25,343 nt of DNA. Source: a virus (taxonomy: Duplodnaviria > Caudoviricetes). A program made the position numbers and the translations under genes. The notes beneath the pieces were generated by a model, which was given only the letters and a program-made list of their open reading frames with translations, was not told where the DNA came from and made no database searches. The stretch is from positions 1 to 25,343 of IMG/VR virus record IMGVR_UViG_3300037150_000246. One strand, written 5' to 3'. This document shows positions 18,810 through 25,343 of this stretch, piece after piece. Every line of letters begins with the position of its first letter. The stretch's first letter is position 1.

Positions 18810-19032
18810 CGGGGGAGAATAGCATGGCTAATAAAAACTCCTCAATAAAGGCTCTTCGCGCGCTTTTGCGCGATCCAGCACAACTCGCTTAAAATGTACA
18901 AGCAACCCACGATCTTTTTGAACTAAGCTTGCTGCCGTACGAAACACCCTCGTGCCGTTCACACGCGCCTTATAGTAGTGTGCATAAAAACAACCTTCCC
19001 CCTCAAAAAAACCGGCGGCCCATGCAAACGCT

Positions 19033-19287
19033 TCAGACATCGGGGTAAACCTCCCCGTTTTGAAGCACCCTCTGATCCTCGTACTTAGAGGCCAATTTTC
19101 GGTAAAATTCGAGCTTGGCGCATTCCAGAGCACCGATGATGTCGTTGATCTGCTGATAACGAGAACCGCACGACTGCCAGTACTCAATCAGCAGATGTGT
19201 GATGGTATAGTTAAGGTCGCCTGCGCGCTCGATGCCGCGTTCTTTGTTGTCTAGTTGAAAGCGCTCAAGCGTGCTCAGATAAGGCAT
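19033..19287 (-). CDS. Conserved phage protein (DUF6899-like)
   Basis: MPY...GDLNY.IT...Y...N.IIGALECAKLEFYR.....YED.....NG.VY is a recognisable conserved phage motif. Confidence 0.75.
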   Translation of the reverse strand: MPYLSTLERFQLDNKERGIERAGDLNYTITHLLIEYWQSCGSRYQQINDIIGALECAKLEFYRKLASKYEDQRVLQNGEVYPDV

Positions 19288-19293
19288 GCGGCA

Positions 19294-19324
19294 AGCCTAT
19301 GACTTATCCACAGCCCTCTGTCAA
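19294..19324 (-). promoter_or_regulatory. Putative promoter with a consensus DnaA box in the spacer
   Basis: TTGACA (19324-19319)-N19-TAGGCT (19299-19294)-6 nt-ATG; TTATCCACA on the + strand at 19304-19312. Confidence 0.4.
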
Positions 19325-19328
19325 GCCC

Positions 19329-19571
19329 TTACGTAGCCGAGGTAATGCTGGCATCGATACCGGCGTAGCGCGTCTCAGTGGTCGACAGAGAGGAGCTGAA
19401 ACTCAAGGCGGTGCCGCCATCATAGGCCTGCGTGCTGCCAAACGTCTCGCCTGTCGCGCCGACGCGAGAGGAGGCGTTTGAACCGCCGGTGTATGTAGTC
19501 TTCAGCTTCTCACCCATCATGGATGCCAGAAGCTTCAGACGCATTTCTGTATCGGGGAGCAGAAGAGCCAT
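19329..19571 (-). CDS. Hypothetical Ser/Thr/Gly-rich protein
   Basis: AGGAG SD upstream; fills the gap directly after terL. Confidence 0.55.
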   Translation of the reverse strand: MALLLPDTEMRLKLLASMMGEKLKTTYTGGSNASSRVGATGETFGSTQAYDGGTALSFSSSLSTTETRYAGIDASITSAT

Positions 19572-19580
19572 ATCAATCTC

Positions 19581-21692
19581 CTATTGTCGTTTGTTCAACC
19601 AGCCTGGGCGGCGAGGGATATACGACTGCTGGCCGGCTGGCCTTTCAAAAGCGGAGTGACGAGCGACGTCGACGAGGGCGGCTCCCTCGTCTCGCTCAGT
19701 TGGCGTACGCAAGTCCTCGCGACCGATGTTCTCGACAACCACCGAGGTGTCGTGCTGCACCGGCGGCGCCGGTGGTGCGTCAGGCTTGCTACTAAACTGC
19801 AGCGGGCGATCTAAGTAAAGGCCCAGAGACTTGCGAACACAAAAAGCGCCGACCAGTGTATCTAAGGCTTCATTGCGCTCTCTGATTTTTTCCCAGTGTG
19901 AAGAAGCTTGGCCTCGCACCAGTCGGCTCACTTTGCGTTCGCTGTTTAGTTGCTCGTAGAACTCCTGATTGAGGTTCTCTCCGATGCAGACGTGGATGAA
20001 CCCAGGCTTGCGAAACCCGGGCTCAGGTGGATCAATCAGCTGCAGACGCCCGTAGATTATATCTTTTGCTGTGTCAACGCCGATCGGATAAAACGGTTCT
20101 CGGGTTTTTGCAGTGCGCCCGGCTCGACCGGACCAAAGAGGCTTGGCGCCGGCTTGTCCCTGCGTGGCAAACACCCGCTGCCCGCGACGCGCGGCGCAAT
20201 AAGATAAAACCTGCGCAGTGTATGTGCCGCCCATGTCAACACCTAGGGCAGACACGCGCACAACACGATCAGAACCCCTTATCCTAAACTGGGATGCGCG
20301 CAGCGCGTCGAGCGCTTTCCATGCATCGGGCCCGGCGGGATGCAAGTTGATAATGGTGTACTGAAAAACCCAACACTCTTCCTCAAGACCCCAACCGACG
20401 AATATGACCTCGAGGCGATCTTTCTGCACGTCGCAGAAGCCGGTTACCACCAATACGCCTTCGGGAAGATCGTCGGGGCCGTACACCTCGGCCCGAGCCA
20501 TCAGGCGGTTGCTGTCTAGCTGCTGATCGAATCGTGGCTGCCACTGTTCAGCCAAAGCTGTATTGGTGAATTTTCTAATGAGTTCAGGGTTGCCTTTGCT
20601 TTCAATAAATTCTTGGACGATTTCAGGTAGGCGATGCCTCTTTGAATAGAGCTTGCTGAGATGAAAACCCGCATGCCCCGCGTAAGGGCTTCTTGATTTG
20701 CATATACTGCAGATGGACCTGCCGCCACTGTCCCAAGCAGATGGGACTTGAACCATGCCGCAGCATGTAAACTCTTTGGTCTGGCGCCATCCGTAAGAGG
20801 GATGTTTTTCCAAGGCATCGAGTGCTTTTATCCTATCCTTCTCCTCCCAGATCGAGCCGCACTCGTTGCAGTGGAGGGCGGCAGTATCGGGAAGATGTAC
20901 GCCGGTTTCCGTCTTGTCCCAGTGGACGTTTCTCCATTCGAGGAGCTGCTCGTGGCCGCAGTGAGGGCACGCGACGAAACACTTTCTCTGGTCAGAAGCG
21001 GCGTACTCGCGTCCGATGCGACTAAACCCTTCGACAGTTGGAGAGCTGCAACGGATAAACTTAGCTCGGCCAATAGCTTTGAAAGTGCTCGCTCTCTCTT
21101 CCGCAAGCTTGAGCGGGTCGCCTTCCGATCCGGCGCTCGGCGGATACTTGTCGATTTCGTCACAGAAGATAATCCGTTTTGGGCGGCTACTCAGATCAGT
21201 AGGACTGTTTGCGCCAACAAAGTCGAGAGTGCCACCGGGGTATTTCTTGTGTGTTATGGTGTTCTCCGAGTCGCGCGTCTTCGGAGGTACAATAAGGTCT
21301 CGCAGGCACGGCGTGCAGTCAATTGTAGGCCCGACGCGCTCCTTGCTAAACGCCGCTGCAGCAGATTGCGTGGGTTGCACGAACAGGATTGGAGCCGGGT
21401 CTTGATCGATGTAGTAGCCGAGAGCACAGATCAGTAGCTCCGTCTTAATGATCTGAGTGCCGGCCATGATCGAGAAGGTATAGGTGTCGGGCTCCGTGAT
21501 CGCCGACATCGGCCCGAATGTCGCGGGTTGGGCGTTAGTCTTCCACTTCCCTGGATTTGTGCTTGTCCCCACTGCGACGTACCGCTTTTGATCTGCCCAC
21601 TCGATCAGGTTCAGTCTCGGCGGGGGCCTCAGGATCAAGAACGATTGGCTTAGACGCTTTCCTAACGACGTCGTCGGGGCTTGATAGAGCAT
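19581..21692 (-). CDS. terL: Terminase large subunit, lambda gpA family
   Basis: PPPRL...EWAD, AGTQIIKTE (Walker A variant), IFCDEIDKY (Walker B), SSPT, CPHCG...CNECG, DVQKDRLE, RNEALD. Confidence 0.95.
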   Translation of the reverse strand: MLYQAPTTSLGKRLSQSFLILRPPPRLNLIEWADQKRYVAVGTSTNPGKWKTNAQPATFGPMSAITEPDTYTFSIMAGTQIIKTELLICALGYYIDQDPAPILFVQPTQSAAAAFSKERVGPTIDCTPCLRDLIVPPKTRDSENTITHKKYPGGTLDFVGANSPTDLSSRPKRIIFCDEIDKYPPSAGSEGDPLKLAEERASTFKAIGRAKFIRCSSPTVEGFSRIGREYAASDQRKCFVACPHCGHEQLLEWRNVHWDKTETGVHLPDTAALHCNECGSIWEEKDRIKALDALEKHPSYGWRQTKEFTCCGMVQVPSAWDSGGRSICSICKSRSPYAGHAGFHLSKLYSKRHRLPEIVQEFIESKGNPELIRKFTNTALAEQWQPRFDQQLDSNRLMARAEVYGPDDLPEGVLVVTGFCDVQKDRLEVIFVGWGLEEECWVFQYTIINLHPAGPDAWKALDALRASQFRIRGSDRVVRVSALGVDMGGTYTAQVLSYCAARRGQRVFATQGQAGAKPLWSGRAGRTAKTREPFYPIGVDTAKDIIYGRLQLIDPPEPGFRKPGFIHVCIGENLNQEFYEQLNSERKVSRLVRGQASSHWEKIRERNEALDTLVGAFCVRKSLGLYLDRPLQFSSKPDAPPAPPVQHDTSVVVENIGREDLRTPTERDEGAALVDVARHSAFERPAGQQSYIPRRPGWLNKRQ

Positions 21693-22128
21693 TCAGTGCC
21701 TCAGCAATATCTGCATTCAGGATGAACGTGATTGCCTCGCGGCGCTTCGGATCGGAATCGGCGCATTTGTCTGCGCTCCTGCCGGGGATAGCCAGCAGCT
21801 GCTCTCGCACGATCCCAAAGGCACGATCAACCTCCTGCCCAACTTCTTCAGTAAGCACATACGCGCCTTGAAGCACACGAAGTGCAAACTCGTTCTTCTC
21901 GCTTTGAGATCGCTCACGACGAGCCTTCTCCGCTGTTAGGTTCATGCCTGCAGCATTGCCCTGACGACCACCGGCCAAGTCACGCAAGTGTCGCAGTATC
22001 AGCTTCCTACATTCGTCCTGATCGTAACCAGTCTTGCCGCGCTTGATAAGCCCCGCCTGCTCGTACGTTTTGATCGTCTCAGGCGCACAAAAGAGGTGCG
22101 CTGCAAGAGCTTGCTGAGTCACTTTCAT
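21535..22128 (-). CDS. terS: Terminase small subunit (Nu1-like)
   Basis: N-terminal wHTH (VTQQALAAHL), coiled coil (EKARRE), REQLLAIP; overlaps terL. Confidence 0.85.
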   Translation of the reverse strand: MKVTQQALAAHLFCAPETIKTYEQAGLIKRGKTGYDQDECRKLILRHLRDLAGGRQGNAAGMNLTAEKARRERSQSEKNEFALRVLQGAYVLTEEVGQEVDRAFGIVREQLLAIPGRSADKCADSDPKRREAITFILNADIAEALNALSSPDDVVRKASKPIVLDPEAPAETEPDRVGRSKAVRRSGDKHKSREVED

Positions 22129-22169
22129 TACGAAAAGAAACCCCCTTAGAAATCAATGGTGCCTGGGGA

Positions 22170-22223
22170 CCCTGGGCCGGTCGCGCCACCCGCTTTAGGC
22201 CGGGGCCCCTTAGGAAGGACCCC
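22170..22223 (-). other. Putative cos packaging site (cosQ + cosN-like)
   Basis: GGGTCCTTCC (lambda cosQ is GGGTCCT; 22222-22216), then about 20 nt later GCGGGTGGCGCGACCGG, resembling lambda cosN; just upstream of terS. Confidence 0.65.
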
Positions 22224-22238
22224 AGCTAACAAACAAAC

Positions 22239-22291
22239 ATCAAACAAACAGGTTGCATTGCTACTCTTCATTTGATTGGTGTTTGTTTGAT
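22239..22291. repeat. 12-bp perfect inverted repeat within AAAC-rich tracts next to cos
   Basis: ATCAAACAAACA (22239-22250) / TGTTTGTTTGAT (22280-22291). Confidence 0.8.
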
Positions 22292-22294
22292 TGA

Positions 22295-22489
22295 TCACTT
22301 CGATGTTGAACTCATCACACCGCGCAGCATACGCAACGCATGATCAGCACGCTCCAACACAGGCTGTAGTGCGAGGTCACCTGTGCGCTCATAGTGTGTG
22401 TGCAGCAGCGTCTGCATCTCTTTGAACGACGTCATCATACTGTCGCCTGCATCACGCTTAGTAATCACTGTGCCATTAGCAGCAGCCAT
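22295..22489 (-). CDS. Hypothetical protein
   Basis: 64 aa; AAGGAAGG SD upstream. Confidence 0.55.
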   Translation of the reverse strand: MAAANGTVITKRDAGDSMMTSFKEMQTLLHTHYERTGDLALQPVLERADHALRMLRGVMSSTSK

Positions 22490-22643
22490 TTCTTGCCTTC
22501 CTTTGTGGAGTATCGCGCTCTATGGGTTATTACTATTCAGAGAGGATCGCCTATGGTTAGCATTTTTCAGATCAAGTTAGAGGTTTTCAGGTGACAGCGT
22601 TATCTCTTAGCACGTATAAGATCGCGCTATACGTTAATGCGTA

Positions 22644-22808
22644 TTAGAAATTGCCGTGCAATGCACCAGGCAACAACAACTGTACTAGACCAACAATGAA
22701 GATCACAACAATGCCAATGAATATGATCTTCTGCCACGGCTGAGGAATGCCAACCAACACCTGCACTACAGCAGCGATGATAGCCAGCACGATTGCGGTC
22801 ATCAACAT
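22644..22808 (-). CDS. Small two-TM membrane protein (54 aa)
   Basis: Below the ORF-track cutoff; AGGAG SD; MLMTAIVLAIIAAVVQVLVGIPQPWQKIIFIGIVVIFIVGLVQLLLPGALHGNF. Confidence 0.7.
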   Translation of the reverse strand: MLMTAIVLAIIAAVVQVLVGIPQPWQKIIFIGIVVIFIVGLVQLLLPGALHGNF

Positions 22809-22818
22809 AGAGCAGCTC

Positions 22819-23022
22819 CTACTTACTAAAAGCCTGCAGCTTAACTATCATGCCCCACACAGCATCGATCACAGCGTGTGAACCATCGTTTGCCATTGTG
22901 GTGGCGAGATCGGTTGGCACCATGCTTTCAAACATACCAGGTATTTTGCTGAACTCGTCTTTGTTCAGCACGGCGAGCAACGCAGCAGCGCCGGCCTTGT
23001 AGATGTCGTCAGAAATTGCCAT
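22819..23022 (-). CDS. Hypothetical protein
   Basis: 67 aa; GGAG SD; co-oriented with neighbours. Confidence 0.6.
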   Translation of the reverse strand: MAISDDIYKAGAAALLAVLNKDEFSKIPGMFESMVPTDLATTMANDGSHAVIDAVWGMIVKLQAFSK

Positions 23023-23079
23023 TCGAATCCACTCCCATTATGGCTCGCCATATGCCCATCCATGCGGCGAACAAAAGCA

Positions 23080-23271
23080 TCATTCCCACACACCGGCGTG
23101 CCACGTGGTGCTGGCCCACGCCCCCGCTGACCAGGCATTAGGTGACCAGGCTTTGCCACCACCGAGTTGCGTCACCGCAACCACGGGCGGAATTAGCCCG
23201 GTTTTATCTAAACCGGTTTCTTTAATCTGTGGTGCTGTTGCAACAACGCGCACCTTTTTAACTCTTGCCAT
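23080..23271 (-). CDS. Hypothetical protein with Trp-repeat C-terminus
   Basis: 63 aa; AWSPN-AWSAG-AWAST-TWHAG-VWE five-residue periodicity. Confidence 0.5.
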   Translation of the reverse strand: MARVKKVRVVATAPQIKETGLDKTGLIPPVVAVTQLGGGKAWSPNAWSAGAWASTTWHAGVWE

Positions 23272-23289
23272 GCTTCACACCCCACGCCA

Positions 23290-23748
23290 TCACGACCCCG
23301 GCGGCAACGGCACAACGCAGTAGATAATATTGTTAAACACGGAATAGAATACCCATGCCGTAGGTGTTGGGTTGCCATCCATTTCACGCGTGATCTTCTT
23401 GCCCGTAAACTTGAACGGGTTAGGCCCGTTCCAGGGAGAGCGATATTTACGAGAGCCGTCAGGGCGCACCACTATGCGGGCACTAGTGTCAGTAACTTGT
23501 GCTATCCCGTCTTCTTGACTTCCGCCTATTGTGGCTTCTTGCAAAATCACAATAGGATAAGCGTCACCAGCATCGCAGCACGACATCACGCTGCTCACTG
23601 ATGCATCAAAATCTGGGCGCTTCAATGACTCAAACCAATTCGCCAAGTCCTGAGATGGGTGGTACTCGGGGGCGTCTTGCACGCTTTGCACCACAGGTTG
23701 TGCATACGCAAATGAACAAAACATAAGCAGCGCGAGAAACACTTTCAT
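23290..23748 (-). CDS. Secreted Cys-containing protein
   Basis: Signal peptide MKVFLALLMFCSFAYA; WFESL.RPD, SCCD.GD, NPT..AWVF, YC..P. Confidence 0.7.
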   Translation of the reverse strand: MKVFLALLMFCSFAYAQPVVQSVQDAPEYHPSQDLANWFESLKRPDFDASVSSVMSCCDAGDAYPIVILQEATIGGSQEDGIAQVTDTSARIVVRPDGSRKYRSPWNGPNPFKFTGKKITREMDGNPTPTAWVFYSVFNNIIYCVVPLPPGS

Positions 23749-23936
23749 CGCTTCATCATTTCGGTTTTAATATCCCACAGCAACACATTAGCCTCGCCTA
23801 AGTCTGCGACCAATGCCAAGCCATCGAGTAGTTGATATGTGCGAATGAGCAAACGCGTGCGACGATCAAGGCGGTTGGCTGCGATGCGAGTTGCATCAAT
23901 CTTTCGCTGCGGCAGCACACCTTTAGAAACGGTCAC
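23745..23936 (-). CDS. Hypothetical protein
   Basis: 63 aa; 4-nt overlaps with both neighbours. Confidence 0.55.
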   Translation of the reverse strand: MTVSKGVLPQRKIDATRIAANRLDRRTRLLIRTYQLLDGLALVADLGEANVLLWDIKTEMMKR

Positions 23937-24331
23937 ACATCCTCCCCGCTATTGTCCAACACACAGTCGAGGCTCTTCAATACATCACCGCGCTCTGCCG
24001 CCGTAACCATTAGCTTAGTAATAGCTTCCAACAGCCTGTCGTCGGTCTTCTTGTTGGCGTCGCAGTCTTCCTTAGACTTGAAGAGAGCTTTCCCGGTTTC
24101 CTTCGTACCATAAGACAGCTTGATGGTCTCACCGTTCTTAGCCTGGATTGTTATAACCGTTACCCAACGCAGGCCAGGAGATACGTCAGCAGCAAACGCA
24201 CCTGAGGCCTCCTCACCGTGCGCAGCACGAATGGCCGCGAGACCGGCATAGAAAGCAAGAGTGAAGCCAATAACCGCGATCAAGACAAGTCCGGCGATAT
24301 TTTTAGCAGCCAATGCGCGGTACATAGTCAT
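23933..24331 (-). CDS. Membrane-anchored or secreted protein
   Basis: N-terminal hydrophobic helix; two Cys; 4-nt overlaps. Confidence 0.65.
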   Translation of the reverse strand: MTMYRALAAKNIAGLVLIAVIGFTLAFYAGLAAIRAAHGEEASGAFAADVSPGLRWVTVITIQAKNGETIKLSYGTKETGKALFKSKEDCDANKKTDDRLLEAITKLMVTAAERGDVLKSLDCVLDNSGEDV

Positions 24332-24924
24332 CTCCGTGTGATCATTGCTTTTGCCATCGCCTTCGGGAACGCTGCACGCGTAAGATCAATCATTGAGCTG
24401 TTGAAGTCGGTGGTGAATGGGACCATAGCCGAGATAGTCACGGATGGTCTCAACACGTACATTGCCTTTATGCGCTTCGCCTTGCCGTATCCAGTCTGCG
24501 CGTAGATCACAGGGCCTCGACCCCTATCGATGATCACGGAGTTGGCGATCTGACGCGGCAGCGGTCTTGAGCCCGATGCGGTGCGCGTGGTGTTCGCGGT
24601 AATTGGAATGGCAAGCTCTGCCTTAGCCGCGGTTTTTGTGCCGCCGGTCTCGTGCTGCTTCAGGTGGCCGCGGCCGAGGCGATCGACGATCGACACCTCG
24701 AGGTCTTCCTTGCTCGCCAGCACCACGACCAATGCAGCGCTAAGAAAATTATGGTTATACACGTGTACGTGCGACGGCCACGTATCCTCCACCAACGCGA
24801 TCTTGGTGTCGTATGCCGCATCGTTCAACATGAGCGACAGAGCGTACGGTAGCTCGCCCTGCGCGGCAACCGCGAGGTGATCAGCCAAAACCTTGAAGTC
24901 TTCGCATTGGAGTTGAAGGTCCAT
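24328..24924 (-). CDS. Lambda gpZ-like neck / tail completion protein
   Basis: LPYAL...LN..A, A.K..L, L..HE.GG.K, LAIP; such genes often precede the terminase in these phages. GAGG SD before ATG 24924. Confidence 0.55.
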   Translation of the reverse strand: MDLQLQCEDFKVLADHLAVAAQGELPYALSLMLNDAAYDTKIALVEDTWPSHVHVYNHNFLSAALVVVLASKEDLEVSIVDRLGRGHLKQHETGGTKTAAKAELAIPITANTTRTASGSRPLPRQIANSVIIDRGRGPVIYAQTGYGKAKRIKAMYVLRPSVTISAMVPFTTDFNSSMIDLTRAAFPKAMAKAMITRR

Positions 24925-24931
24925 ACCGACC

Positions 24932-25252
24932 TCACTTCCCAAGTAGTCGTTGCAACGCGGTCTTAGCCCTGTCAGAGCCACCAATAGACGCAGGGTCACT
25001 GAACGTAAGCAAATAACTGAGCATTTCCTCATAGCTGCGCATCATAACATCACCCGAATTATCTTTTATTCGAGGGCGATGAATGATTTTAGGAACAGCG
25101 TAATTTTCCTTTCGGGGTAGAGTCTGCGCTCGTCGCCATGTTCCAGATTGGCGACGAGCTACTTCAAATTGCCAACCACTTATGGGACGCGAGCCCCGTG
25201 TCATGCACCGAAATGCGTTGATCATAGCCGCACGGTGCTTCTTCGACACCAC
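24932..25252 (-). CDS. Possible hypothetical protein (start uncertain)
   Basis: Co-oriented ORF ending 7 nt before the gpZ-like start; its 5' half overlaps hairpins, so only the C-terminal part may be coding. Confidence 0.3.
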   Translation of the reverse strand: MVSKKHRAAMINAFRCMTRGSRPISGWQFEVARRQSGTWRRAQTLPRKENYAVPKIIHRPRIKDNSGDVMMRSYEEMLSYLLTFSDPASIGGSDRAKTALQRLLGK

Positions 25253-25343
25253 AATTTTCGTTAGTAACCAATGGGCTAAAAAATGCTCTCGATAGGTTAG
25301 GTCTACTAGGTTGGTGGGAGCGTCAGTGCCCCCTATAGCACGC

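Larger units (their letters stand above)
18065..18878. mobile_element. 814-bp non-autonomous insertion carrying two ORFs
   Basis: Begins CTGG and ends CCAG; flanked by duplicated CAC (18062-18064, 18879-18881); precise removal restores the LAGLIDADG ORF; no transposase inside. Confidence 0.75.
17750..19040 (-). pseudogene. LAGLIDADG endonuclease with C-terminal Cys/His domain, disrupted by an insertion (parts 19040-18879 and 18061-17750; 157 aa when rejoined)
   Basis: MSEAFAWAAGFFEGEGCF...HFKRVV | RCGVIYGP...W...L.PWLG.RR...CKHGH.YT.GNTY...CRQC; the two parts rejoin in frame. Confidence 0.8.

Noticed and set aside
17750-19187. ORFs 17750-18145 and 18828-19187 as independent genes
   Set aside because: They are the two halves of one interrupted LAGLIDADG gene, with ends borrowed from the insertion or the upstream gene.
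19581-21692. Intein or intron in terL
   Set aside because: Continuous gpA motifs, ordinary length and no splicing motifs seen.
21535-21692. 158-nt terS/terL overlap as a novelty
   Set aside because: Overlap of the terS tail with terL is common in lambda-like terminase pairs.

Overview
This window holds the packaging, head and neck module of a lambda-like (cos, gpA-type terminase) tailed phage or prophage, probably of an alphaproteobacterial host (it carries a usg gene). All credible genes are on the minus strand. In transcription order (right to left): gpZ-like gene and small secreted/membrane ORFs, a cos-like site, terS, terL, accessory genes, gpW, HNH, portal, an ADP-ribosyltransferase, prohead protease, major capsid, HNH, DUF2190 capsid cement, a 6-gene glycan block with usg, head-tail joining protein, a Thr/Ser-rich collagen-like fibre and a truncated beta-helix protein. 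Four features stand out. (1) A GDP-6-deoxyhexose pathway (gmd plus an fcl-like enzyme lacking the epimerase Cys) and four transferase-like genes sit inside the virion operon next to the collagen-like fibre, suggesting phage-encoded virion glycosylation. (2) A 236-nt group I intron splits the capsid cement gene, beside a free-standing HNH. (3) A QxE-type ART cassette is bounded by 59-bp direct repeats. (4) An 814-bp transposase-less insertion carrying a PycTM-like membrane protein splits a LAGLIDADG gene. Family assignments come from motif recognition by eye; no database searches were run.
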